Shown here: one piece after another, positions 44,878 through 53,322 of the stretch
Layout of the letters: each line of letters starts with the position of its first letter
Numbering within the stretch: the first letter of the stretch is position 1
The notes under the pieces: generated by a model
Told to the model about the DNA's origin: nothing
Seen by the model: the letters and a program-made list of their open reading frames with translations, nothing else
Database searches by the model: none
Program-made: the position numbers and the translations under genes
Virus record (IMG/VR): IMGVR_UViG_3300043411_001314
Location: 32,001 to 96,000 of that record
Strand: one strand, 5' to 3'
DNA length: 64,000 nt
Origin: a virus

Positions 44878-46094
44878 TACCCTGAGCGTCGCCTGCCTAG
44901 GCGGTGATCGACCAAGATCTGGTGAATGAGGTCGATGTTGGGCGTCGCCGGCAGCACCGACTCGACGGCGTTGAAGCGAGCAAAGGCGTCCTCGGCCTCC
45001 GTCACCATGGCCTCCAGCGGGAGCTCCCCGAACTCGAACAGTTCCTCACGGTTCGGGACCATCACTCGCAGCTCGCCCGTCTCCAGGAGGTGGGCTCCCT
45101 GCTGCAGTAGCCGGAGCATGTGGCGGGCGTGCTTGGCCGTCCGCTTCCTGGTGTCGGCGCTGAAGGATCCGTCACCGCGGTTCTTCAGCCGATTGAACTG
45201 CGCCATGGCGTAGCCGCCGAAGGTCGCTCGGCATCGGTCCGAGAGGAAGGCGTCGAGGTTCGCTCGCAGGTCGTCGGCCAGGGGAGATGAGACCTCCGGG
45301 TCGATGGCCAGCACCTCGAGAACCGTCGGGTTGGCGGCAAGCGCCAGGCTCACGAACTTGCCCACCTCGTGCAAGGTGATGTCTGGGTCGGTGCGCGTCC
45401 AGGAGTCCTTCGGGCGCTTGTCGTTCACGCCGACCAAGAGGTGCGCCGGCGCCTCGAAGAACCCTCGGTAGTCGGTGTCGCTGTCCGGCGTGTCGAGCCC
45501 GTAAGCCTTCGAGCCGGCCACCACGACGAGCCCGACATCCATGCCCTCAGGCGGCGACCAGGGGAGGGGCCATGTCCGCACCGTCCGCACCCGTGGTCGC
45601 CCAGGCCGCCCCCCGAGGCCAGCGGCGAATGCCTCCCCGCACTCGCGGTAGTACTGCTCGATGTCGGTGGGTCGATAGCGCCGTCGGATGGCAGCGAGCG
45701 GTAGGGGCGGCGGGAAGCATGGCCTGAGCGCGTGCTGTCGGACCCGCTCTCTGGTGATGCCGAGGACCTTGGAGATCTGCCGAAGAGTCACCCCGGGGAG
45801 CGGCGGCGGGGGAGGCTGGCGCCTACTCGGCTGGGGCTGATGCCACCGCCAGGTCTTCTGTGCCTTCACCTCACCAGGTTTCAACCAGTACCGCCCGCGG
45901 TACCCGTCCGCTTGGGCATCTTGGGTGACGTTGATGTTGCCGCCACGTGCTCGGTTCCACGAATCCTGCAGCTCCCTCTGGTCGAACATCGCCGACTCGA
46001 TCAGGAACCGCATTGTCCGCTGCCTCTGTTGCGTCGCGGCCCGTTGCTCCGGGGACCACCGCGAGATGCGCTCGGGTACTCCGACCTGACTCAA
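44874..46094 (-). CDS. Pol-beta superfamily nucleotidyltransferase with N-terminal HTH
   Basis: GSKAYGL.TPDSDTDYRG, ANPTVLE.L, KHARH.LRLL; N-terminal TLRQISKVLGITRERVRQ. Confidence 0.85.
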   Translation of the reverse strand: MSQVGVPERISRWSPEQRAATQQRQRTMRFLIESAMFDQRELQDSWNRARGGNINVTQDAQADGYRGRYWLKPGEVKAQKTWRWHQPQPSRRQPPPPPLPGVTLRQISKVLGITRERVRQHALRPCFPPPLPLAAIRRRYRPTDIEQYYRECGEAFAAGLGGRPGRPRVRTVRTWPLPWSPPEGMDVGLVVVAGSKAYGLDTPDSDTDYRGFFEAPAHLLVGVNDKRPKDSWTRTDPDITLHEVGKFVSLALAANPTVLEVLAIDPEVSSPLADDLRANLDAFLSDRCRATFGGYAMAQFNRLKNRGDGSFSADTRKRTAKHARHMLRLLQQGAHLLETGELRVMVPNREELFEFGELPLEAMVTEAEDAFARFNAVESVLPATPNIDLIHQILVDHRLGRRRSGY

Positions 46095-46113
46095 GACGTG
46101 ACCTCCTGCGGGC

Positions 46114-46527
46114 TCACTTCTTCTTCGCCTTGCCCTTCTTGGTCGCCTTGCGCCGGGCCCGGTCCTTGGCCTTGCGGGCCGCGGCCGGCGTCTTGGTGGC
46201 CCCGGGTGGATGCTTCTCCCACCGGCCGGCCGGGGGAGCCCAGGTGGGGGTGAGTATCTCCAGGAAGAAGAACAACGAGTCGCCGAGCCCGTCGAGTCCG
46301 TCGAGTCCGTCGAGCTCGTCGAACACGTCGTGCATGGCGTCGTTGCCGAACTCGTCCTCGAGCGCTTCGCACGCCGCGTCGTACTCGAACTCAGACAGGT
46401 GTTCCAGGGCGGCGGTGACCGCCCCGCACAGGTCGGTCCGGTGGGCGAACTCGACGATCCGCCTCCCGATGACCTCCCGGCAGGTGTCGTCGTCGAGGTC
46501 GTCCAGGCCGTCCCGCAGGGCGATCAT
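46114..46527 (-). CDS. hypothetical protein, acidic body with Lys-rich tail
   Basis: Ends RRKATKKGKAKKK. Confidence 0.6.
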   Translation of the reverse strand: MIALRDGLDDLDDDTCREVIGRRIVEFAHRTDLCGAVTAALEHLSEFEYDAACEALEDEFGNDAMHDVFDELDGLDGLDGLGDSLFFFLEILTPTWAPPAGRWEKHPPGATKTPAAARKAKDRARRKATKKGKAKKK

Positions 46528-46964
46528 TCGGTCACCGCTCGGCCGGCCTCGAGGATCGGCAGCCCAGCCTCGGTCGGCACGTAGATGATCTGGCCGTTGC
46601 CGCCGGCGAGGGCGTCGATGTAGAGGTACCGCAGGTACTCCTCGGTGAGCGTCGAAGCGATGATGTCCTGCGACTCAGCCAGGCCCCGGGCCCGGATCAC
46701 CTCGGCGTCGGCCTTGGCCTGGGCCTGGGTGACCTGGGAGCGGGCCGCGTACTCGGCGGCCTCGGACTTGGCCTTCTGCTCGGCGATGACCGCCTGCTTC
46801 TCCGTGTTCGCCCGGTAGAGGTTCAGTCGTGGGCTGATGATGCCCCATGCCGCGCTGATCAGGAAGATGCCGACGACGAACCCGCCGGTCACCTTGCAGC
46901 CGAACACCACCCACTGCCGGGCCTCGGCGTTCTGCGCGGCCTTCTGCTCTTCGTAGCTTGCCAT
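46524..46964 (-). CDS. band-7/SPFH-like membrane protein
   Basis: TM, then AKADAEVIRA.GLAE....I..TLTEEYLRY...QIIYVPTEAGLPILEAGR. Confidence 0.8.
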   Translation of the reverse strand: MASYEEQKAAQNAEARQWVVFGCKVTGGFVVGIFLISAAWGIISPRLNLYRANTEKQAVIAEQKAKSEAAEYAARSQVTQAQAKADAEVIRARGLAESQDIIASTLTEEYLRYLYIDALAGGNGQIIYVPTEAGLPILEAGRAVTE

Positions 46965-47004
46965 GACTTGCTCCTTCTTGTTGTTGTCCGCGCTGGTGCG
47001 CGAG

Positions 47005-47077
47005 CGCCTTGGGCTGGGTTCGAACCAGCGACCGACCGTTTAGAAGACGGGTGCTCTATCCACTGAGCTACCAAGGC
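47005..47077 (-). tRNA. tRNA-Arg(UCU)
   Basis: Reverse complement GCCTTGG TAGCTCAGTGGATAGAGC...CTTCTAA...GGTTCGAACCC...CCAAGGC-G. Confidence 0.9.
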
Positions 47078-47082
47078 TGAGG

Positions 47083-47155
47083 ATCCCGGGGACCGGATCG
47101 AACGGTCAACCGCTGCATCCAAAGTGCAGTGTTCTGCCAGTTGAACTACCCGGGA
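47083..47155 (-). tRNA. tRNA-Gln(UUG)
   Basis: Reverse complement TCCCGGG...CTGCA-CTTTGGA-TGCAG...GACCG-TTCGATC-CGGTC-CCCGGGA. Confidence 0.88.
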
Positions 47156-47231
47156 AGGGTGGGGGTGGGCGGGCCAGTCCCAGTCCAGCGCGAGATCAAC
47201 ATCGCGCGTGACTGGGCGCCCACCCCCAGAC

Positions 47232-47537
47232 CTAGAGCGAGGTCAAGCTGGAGAGTTGTCGATCGAGCTCGTTGGCGGTCATCGACGAAACGTCGAGAGT
47301 GACCGCCCCGGTCCTGCTCATGTGGTGCCAGGCAACCGTGAGGAGGGAGCCGGTCAGGTAGGCGACGTGGCGTCGGCCGTACCGACGTCCGCGCCGCCAC
47401 ACCTGCGGCTGCACCTGCTTGAAGGAGTGCCGTGCGAGCACCGACTCGAGGGTCACGGCCTCCAGAGGAAAGCCCCCAAGGAGGGGCCCATCGCCACGTT
47501 CCGACGGGGTCGGCAGGGGTGGCGATGTATCGGTCAC
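47232..47537 (-). CDS. hypothetical protein
   Basis: GTGA overlap with XRE gene. Confidence 0.5.
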   Translation of the reverse strand: MTDTSPPLPTPSERGDGPLLGGFPLEAVTLESVLARHSFKQVQPQVWRRGRRYGRRHVAYLTGSLLTVAWHHMSRTGAVTLDVSSMTANELDRQLSSLTSL

Positions 47538-47770
47538 TGTGCCGTTTCGGCGTCGACCGCGGCGAGGAGCGCCGTGGGGTCGATGCCGAGGACCTTGGCG
47601 ACCGGGATCACCTGATGGATGCGCAGCCGCTGCTTGCCCGACTCCCACATGGAGACGGTCGACTGCTTCACGCTCACCTTGTCGGCGAGCTCGGTCTGGG
47701 TCAGGCCGGCGTCGATGCGAGCCGATCTGATCACGGAGCCTAGGACGGGGGCAACAACGGTGGCGCTCAT
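47534..47770 (-). CDS. XRE-family HTH regulator
   Basis: IRSAR..AGLTQTELADKV.VKQSTVSMWESG. Confidence 0.88.
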   Translation of the reverse strand: MSATVVAPVLGSVIRSARIDAGLTQTELADKVSVKQSTVSMWESGKQRLRIHQVIPVAKVLGIDPTALLAAVDAETAQ

Positions 47771-47778
47771 TGACCCCG

Positions 47779-47814
47779 ATGATACTTGATGCGTTCGCCT
47801 GATACAAGCATCAG
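47779..47814 (-). promoter_or_regulatory. promoter with overlapping palindromic operator
   Basis: TTGTAT-N17-TATCAT; CTGAT-N6-ATCAG palindrome over the -35. Confidence 0.55.
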
Positions 47815-47829
47815 ACATACATCTTCCTC

Positions 47830-48378
47830 CTATCGACCGCTGGGGCCGAGAGCTCGAAGCTGAATCTCGGATACCAGGGCCAGCGCTGCAGGGCACTGAT
47901 CGTAGAGGTAGCCCTCTGCCCGGGCCCGGGCCGACAAACCGTCGGCTTCGAACAGCGCGAGCTCCTCAGTCAGGATCCGCCCGATCGCCTTGACGTAGTT
48001 GTCGGCGAACCACAGGGACGATATGGCCGCCGTCCGCTCGGCGTCGGCGTCGCTCCGGTCGACCTCCTGTTCCGACTTGGAGCGCCTGAACCGGGTCCGG
48101 TTGTCAGGCTGGAAGGGCATGGTGAGGGTCGCCTCGGCGATGATCTTCGGGCAGAAGCGGACGATCACGTCGCCGGCGTGGGCCCCGTCACGCGGGGCGA
48201 TCGGAGAGGTCCACCCGTACCGCTTGTCCGGCTCAGGGATGTCCGCCGTCTGCCAGTTCGTCGGGTGGAACGGCAGCCAGTTGATCCCCCTCTCCGGCCT
48301 GAGCCCTGACAGGTACTCGTAGACCCACTTGGCCCGCTTTCGCACGTCCTCTGGTGTGATCGACGGATGAGCCGCCAT
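47830..48378 (-). CDS. hypothetical protein
   Basis: Coupled ORF, 182 aa. Confidence 0.6.
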   Translation of the reverse strand: MAAHPSITPEDVRKRAKWVYEYLSGLRPERGINWLPFHPTNWQTADIPEPDKRYGWTSPIAPRDGAHAGDVIVRFCPKIIAEATLTMPFQPDNRTRFRRSKSEQEVDRSDADAERTAAISSLWFADNYVKAIGRILTEELALFEADGLSARARAEGYLYDQCPAALALVSEIQLRALGPSGR

Positions 48379-48722
48379 CAGAAGGTGCGCACCCAGATCC
48401 GCCCGACCAGGTCACACCAGTCGTAGAACTCGTCCCAGACGGCGTCGAACTCGTCCGTCGCTTCGGTGAGATCCCCCTCAGCCTCGACCGACAAGGCGTC
48501 AAGCTGGAAGAGGATGTCCTCGAGGTCGGGGTCGTGCTCGTCGAACCACGCGGCCTTCCTGATGCGGTCGGTGATCACCCCAGCCTTCGCCCATACCTCA
48601 GTGCTGTCGTCGTGGAAGACGTCGGACACGTCGAGTTTGCCGGCCCACGTCGGCAGCCCAGCTGCTCGTCGTTCCCCCGCTCGTGCGTGGGCGGCGATCT
48701 TCGATTCGATGGATCGTCCCAT
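48378..48722 (-). CDS. hypothetical acidic protein
   Basis: EFDAVWDEFYDWCD...RIWV phage motif. Confidence 0.7.
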   Translation of the reverse strand: MGRSIESKIAAHARAGERRAAGLPTWAGKLDVSDVFHDDSTEVWAKAGVITDRIRKAAWFDEHDPDLEDILFQLDALSVEAEGDLTEATDEFDAVWDEFYDWCDLVGRIWVRTF

Positions 48723-49546
48723 CAGTCAGTCCACCCTTCTGCCCAGGTGAGGGCGAGCGTCTTGTTGGTGCGGCACGCATCGAGCTGGTCGATGGTGCAC
48801 TCGTCGGGTCGCTTGTCGGTGCGGATCTTCTTGACCACGGGCTGGTACAGCCGGTTGTCGTCGGTGGCGTAGAGGCACTGGACCTCGATCACGTCGCCGG
48901 GTTGGGCGATGGGCCCATCACCGACGGTGCGGCCGACCTCGAACTCGGTCAGCGACGGACCGTCGAACACGCCGACGATCATGTTCTGCTTCTCGACACC
49001 GAGCGAGATCACCACGCAGTCCACGGTGTGTTGGCGCTTCAGCTTGACCCAGTCTCGGGATCGCTTGCCCTCCTGGTACAGGGAGTCGCGACGCTTGGCC
49101 ACGATCCCTTCACCACCGAGTCGACGAACCCGCTCAGCCATGGCCAGCTTGTCGTCGGTGGTGCCGGCGGCGGCCACCAGGAGGATGTTGGGGCGGAGCT
49201 CGGGCGACCAGCGGTCGAACAGGCCGTCCAGGAACTTGCGTCGGTGGTCGTAGTCCATCTCGGGCAGGTCGGCGATCTGGATGATGTCGAACACCACCAG
49301 CGTCTCGCCGATCAGCTCGCCGTCGATGGTACAGGCCATGAGGCAGCAGGACAGCTGCTCGAGCACGGGCTTGGGGAGGTACGTCGGGTTGCCGTCTCGG
49401 CCGTAGGGCTTGATGGTGGGTGGGTCGCCGGCGGCGATGTCGATGATGACACGCCGGCCATCCATCTTCAGCTCGGTGACCCAGTTGTCGTCGTTGAACA
49501 CGTCGGTTCGTGGTGTTGCCGGTGTGGCAAGCATCGGGGTAGTCAA
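48722..49546 (-). CDS. ATP-dependent DNA ligase (minimal)
   Basis: PMLA, ELKMDGRR, IDGEL, VFDI, EGIVAK..S.Y..GKRS.DWVKLK, IRTDK. Confidence 0.92.
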   Translation of the reverse strand: MTTPMLATPATPRTDVFNDDNWVTELKMDGRRVIIDIAAGDPPTIKPYGRDGNPTYLPKPVLEQLSCCLMACTIDGELIGETLVVFDIIQIADLPEMDYDHRRKFLDGLFDRWSPELRPNILLVAAAGTTDDKLAMAERVRRLGGEGIVAKRRDSLYQEGKRSRDWVKLKRQHTVDCVVISLGVEKQNMIVGVFDGPSLTEFEVGRTVGDGPIAQPGDVIEVQCLYATDDNRLYQPVVKKIRTDKRPDECTIDQLDACRTNKTLALTWAEGWTD

Positions 49547-49875
49547 GGGATCCTCCTTGGGGTCACTTGTGGATCATCCATGGGGCTCGTCACGTCATCC
49601 CACAGCATCATCGCCAGCTCGGCCACCGCTTCGGAATCATCGTCGGAGTGGACGTGCTTCTTGCACCACTCGAACGCGTCGGGGCCCCCTTGTGGCACGA
49701 AGTCGACGGTGACACCCCGGGCCTCGGCCGCGGCAGTCAGCCGGGCCTCCCATTTGGCGACGATCGCCCACTTGGTGGTGTCGTCGTCGATCTCGCAGGC
49801 ATCCATCCACTCGGGGTCTTGCACCTCGTGTAGGTCGAATGCGACGTCGATGGTTGTGGTGTCCAGGTGGTTCAT
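49543..49875 (-). CDS. hypothetical acidic protein
   Basis: Coupled ORF. Confidence 0.6.
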   Translation of the reverse strand: MNHLDTTTIDVAFDLHEVQDPEWMDACEIDDDTTKWAIVAKWEARLTAAAEARGVTVDFVPQGGPDAFEWCKKHVHSDDDSEAVAELAMMLWDDVTSPMDDPQVTPRRIP

Positions 49876-50381
49876 CAGAACTGCCGAGGATCGAGTGGTT
49901 CGCCGGCCAGGAAGGTGAGCGCCGAGTAGCCCTCGATCGCTTCACCCTCCGGGTCATCAGGCAGAGCCACCACGCTGATGTTGCGGTACCAGCCGTCGCA
50001 GTCGTCGAAGGCGACGTGGACGTCGTCGTTGATGCCCTCCATCAGCGAGCGCAGCACGCCCACCGTGAGGATGGGTCGGCCGTACTTGTCGTGGACCGCG
50101 ACCTCGTTGAGGTCCGGGTTGACGGCCCGGCTGGCTGTCTTCAGGGGGGAGGGTGCGGGGTTCATGGTTTCTCCTCGTTCCGGCTCCGGTTCGAAGTGGG
50201 GGTTGACTTTCAGGAAGTGGGGGTTGGGTTCGCCGTTCCACAGCGGCCGCCCGTCAGACTCGGGGCACCGTGGGTTTTGTTGCGACCCGGGGCACACCAC
50301 CCGACAGGGCCGTGGGTAGTCGTGGGTGGGGATCAGCCCTGTCGTCGGCGTGAGCCATCCGCAATGCGGGCACATGTTCAT
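49875..50381 (-). CDS. hypothetical protein (possibly two fused modules; internal RBS and ATG at 50165)
   Basis: CPHC..H..CPGS module, then LTVGVLRSLMEG module. Confidence 0.55.
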   Translation of the reverse strand: MNMCPHCGWLTPTTGLIPTHDYPRPCRVVCPGSQQNPRCPESDGRPLWNGEPNPHFLKVNPHFEPEPERGETMNPAPSPLKTASRAVNPDLNEVAVHDKYGRPILTVGVLRSLMEGINDDVHVAFDDCDGWYRNISVVALPDDPEGEAIEGYSALTFLAGEPLDPRQF

Positions 50382-50824
50382 CAGCTGAACTCTCTTGCAG
50401 TGAACGAGAATCCTTCGTCGGGGTCAGCCCAGGTGCACCCACGCGCCGGGCCACTGGAAACGTCATCCCGGTACCTGTTGTCGGATCGTCGCAGCATCCA
50501 TTCGTGCATTCGCTCGACGCCCATCTCCCGGTCCTTGACGGCCTGGGCTTCGACGGCAGCGATGAAGTCCTCGACCTCCATCCACTTGCCGTACTCGTCG
50601 ACGACGGCGTGCCCCTCGGGCTGGGCCCGGAGATGTCTCTTCCACTCAGCCCACGAGGACGGGAAGACGGACCACCCAACGTGGCGCCAGGTGTTGCCAT
50701 CGCGGACCGTGAGGGCCTTGGACGGGGCATGGAAGGACCGCAGCGACTTGCAGATGTGATCCCCCTGGTCGTAGCGGTTGCAGCAGTCGCACTGATTCGA
50801 ACCCATGTAGTAGTTGGTTCCCAT
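50381..50824 (-). CDS. hypothetical phage protein
   Basis: MGTNYY...C..C...HI.KS...DEYG...D.EGFSF...EFS family motif. Confidence 0.75.
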   Translation of the reverse strand: MGTNYYMGSNQCDCCNRYDQGDHICKSLRSFHAPSKALTVRDGNTWRHVGWSVFPSSWAEWKRHLRAQPEGHAVVDEYGKWMEVEDFIAAVEAQAVKDREMGVERMHEWMLRRSDNRYRDDVSSGPARGCTWADPDEGFSFTAREFS

Positions 50825-51042
50825 CAGGCCCCCCGGTGGATGGCCACGAGGCCGAGGATCGAGTTGGCGAAACTCTCCAGGGAGTCGGTGGAGAGCGTCA
50901 CGATGCTGGTGATGCCGCGATCGGTGATGTAGACCTCCCAGTCCTCCTCGTCGGCGAGGGGACCGTTGACCACGATGGCGTCGGTTGGGACGATCTCGCA
51001 GTGCCTCACGAGGAGGGCGTTGCGTTCGGTCGGCTTAGGCAT
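50824..51042 (-). CDS. hypothetical protein
   Basis: RBS AAGGAGG. Confidence 0.6.
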   Translation of the reverse strand: MPKPTERNALLVRHCEIVPTDAIVVNGPLADEEDWEVYITDRGITSIVTLSTDSLESFANSILGLVAIHRGA

Positions 51043-51055
51043 TATGCCTCCTTGG

Positions 51056-52204
51056 TTATGCGGCGTGTCCGGCTACCCGGTTGCGCCCTTCCGGTGTGAT
51101 CTGTCGACCCGTGCCGGTGAGGGCGATGAGCCGTCGTTCAACGAGCAGTCGTTCCGTCACCCGCACCTGGGCCGGAGCCATGTCGAGGATGGTGGCCAGT
51201 GCCTCCTTGCCGGCGGTGCCGCCCCGCTGAGAGGCGAGCAGGTCGAGGTAGCGGATGTGGTCGTCGGTGAGCCCGTCGGGCTGGATGTGACACAGTGACA
51301 GCACCGCGGCACCGGTCACCTCTTCGCCGGCGTAGGCCAGGTCCCGGGCGGCCATCACGAGGGCCCGGGCTTGTCGGGGCACACCGGCGGATGCCTCAGC
51401 CAGGGTGACGGTGAGTTCGGCGGTCACATCCCCTTCCCGAAGGTCGGCCCGCTCGGCCATACCCCGGACGATCTGCACCATCTCGTGGCGGGTATAGGGC
51501 TGCCAGGCGGGTTTGCATTCGAACCTGGACAGCAACGGTCCGGTCAGTGCCGCCGGTTCGGTCGTGGCGGCGATGACAGTCAGGTTGGGGAAGTCGAGGG
51601 TCCAACGCCCCTGCAGCACGTGGGGCGGCTCGGTGAGGGACATCAGGTCGTGTTGGGCCCGCTTCGTGAAGAGGTGGACCTCGTCAAAAAAGACGACCCC
51701 CTCCCGGGCCATCCAAAGCTCGTCGATGAGGTCGTTCGTGTTGGCCGGCGGCTTCGTGAAGGTCACCAGCGGGCGGTCGAGCTCCTGGGCCACCAGGTTG
51801 GCCAGCGTCGTCTTGCCGGTACCGCCGGGCCCAACCAGGAGCACCGGGGGGACCGGGGCCCCGCGCTTGGCGGCGGAGATCGTGCGCACCCGGAGCTCCC
51901 GGAGAGCCGCCTGCTGCCCGATGAACCCGTCCCAGGTGAGGGAAGCGAGCCCGTGGGGGGTGGATGTGGCGGTGGGGGCCGGCCGGCTGTAGCGGTATGG
52001 CTCGGGGTCGGGGCCAGCCAACTCGTCGTGCCGGGCCATCATCTCTTCGGCGAGCTCGAAGGCCCCGCTCTTCAGCGCCCAAGTGATGAGCATGCTGTCC
52101 ATCGGGTCACCAGTGATGCGCTCGAGCTCAGTGAGGCGCACGTATGGGGTGTCTACCACGTAGTTGGTAGGTGTGTAGGGCGCTGGGGGGGCGTGATTGT
52201 TCAT
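51056..52204 (-). CDS. ruvB: RuvB-like Holliday junction branch migration ATPase
   Basis: WDGFIGQ, LLVGPGGTGKTTLA, FFDEVH, AATT..L..PL.SRF, GVPR, E..L....I..T..GR. Confidence 0.85.
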   Translation of the reverse strand: MNNHAPPAPYTPTNYVVDTPYVRLTELERITGDPMDSMLITWALKSGAFELAEEMMARHDELAGPDPEPYRYSRPAPTATSTPHGLASLTWDGFIGQQAALRELRVRTISAAKRGAPVPPVLLVGPGGTGKTTLANLVAQELDRPLVTFTKPPANTNDLIDELWMAREGVVFFDEVHLFTKRAQHDLMSLTEPPHVLQGRWTLDFPNLTVIAATTEPAALTGPLLSRFECKPAWQPYTRHEMVQIVRGMAERADLREGDVTAELTVTLAEASAGVPRQARALVMAARDLAYAGEEVTGAAVLSLCHIQPDGLTDDHIRYLDLLASQRGGTAGKEALATILDMAPAQVRVTERLLVERRLIALTGTGRQITPEGRNRVAGHAA

Positions 52205-52252
52205 GGGCCGCTTTCCGGTATCTAGCAAGTTCAAGTCGTTACTGCGGTCCGC

Positions 52253-52621
52253 ATGGCCGCCAGCATGCGCGGCCTAGCCCGGCCTGCGGACAGATCGGAC
52301 CAGAGGCGGGCCCCGATCGGCGAGCCCCGCCTCGTGTTCGGCACGGCGCTCCCCGGCGACAAGGCCGGTGCGGTCGACGTGGTGACCGCGGCGCTCGACG
52401 CCGGCGCCATCTCGACGCTCACGGCGGTGCAACTGCTGATCGCGGCGGGGTTCCCGATCGTGGACGCCGCCGAGGAGGTGGCCCGGATCCGCTCGGAGCA
52501 GACGGCGAAGGCCCGGGAGTTGGCCGACGCCACCGGGAGCGAAGCGCTCGCCGCCCAGTGGTTGGGGGTGGATCTGCCCGAGGTGGCCGCCACGCCGCCG
52601 ACCATCAACCTGGCGCCGTAG
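52253..52621 (+). pseudogene. C-terminal fragment of a foreign portal-like protein
   Basis: LVFGTALP.D...V......GAIS..TAV.LL..AGFPI.DAAEEV.RI resembles actinophage portal C-termini; opposite strand to the operon. Confidence 0.55.
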
Positions 52622-52699
52622 TCGCCGATTGCATCCCCGGGCGGGCGCCAGTCGTCGGGTACGGTCGGGGCATGGGAACACCCCGAAGGGAGGCCCGCC

Positions 52700-53005
52700 G
52701 TGGCCGTCCGCGTGCACATCAGCCCCGACGACATCCAGCGCATGTGGCGCACAGACCCCGACAAGGCGCGGGCGATGCGTGAGTGGATCGACGCCGCCGG
52801 GTGGGACGCCACCACCGTGCGGTCGTTGACGATCAGCCCCAACGGCGTCCTCGTTGAGCACATCTGCACGACGTGCGAGCACGCCAACGGCCAGCGCCAC
52901 GGCGACCCCGAGCGCCCGAACATGGTGCACACCTACAAGGTGGTGCGCCAGGCGCCCCCCACGCCGCCGCCGTGGCTGCCTGACGCTGTGCTCACCCCGG
53001 CATGA
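52700..53005 (+). CDS. hypothetical protein in the inserted segment
   Basis: RBS GGGAGG; 101 aa. Confidence 0.55.
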   Translation: MAVRVHISPDDIQRMWRTDPDKARAMREWIDAAGWDATTVRSLTISPNGVLVEHICTTCEHANGQRHGDPERPNMVHTYKVVRQAPPTPPPWLPDAVLTPA

Positions 53006-53258
53006 ACCCGGGCGCCGTGATCGTCGGCGTCGGCCGCTCCGGCACCGGCTACATAGCCGCAAGTACGACGCGATCGGCGTCGGCTGGGGCCTGGGGGCGG
53101 GCCTGCGGCGCACGTTCCCCGACGTCGACTTCGTGCCCGTGGTGGTGTCCGAGGCCGCACCGGGCGAGGACTCGGCGCGGTTCGCGAACCTGCGGTCGTG
53201 GATCTGGTGGAAGGTCGGCCGCGAGCTCTCACAGGACCGGGCGTGGAACCTGGCCGGG
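53002..53258 (+). pseudogene. fused fragments: sulfotransferase-like N-terminus and terminase nuclease-domain piece
   Basis: VIVGVGRSGTGYIA, then in another frame YDAIGVGWG...FANLRSWIWW.VGRE. Confidence 0.55.
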
Positions 53259-53322
53259 CCCCCTCGGCCTCGGCGATTGGTTGGTGTCGACCAGGACGTA
53301 GCGGGTGATCTGCATGGTTCTC

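Noticed and set aside
46965-46990. CAACAACAAGAAGG (Gln/Arg-like codons) next to tRNA-Arg/Gln as a third leader peptide
   Set aside because: It lies downstream of the tRNAs, has no start codon and is explained as the A-rich RBS region of the SPFH-like gene
47146-47202. Minus-strand ORF MLISRWTGTGPPTPTLPG as leader of tRNA-Gln
   Set aside because: No Gln or AGA codons, no TTLL motif, and the ATG is buried in the hairpin
53061-53258. This phage's functional terminase
   Set aside because: Only about 65 codons with no start or ATPase domain; the real terminase is probably outside the window
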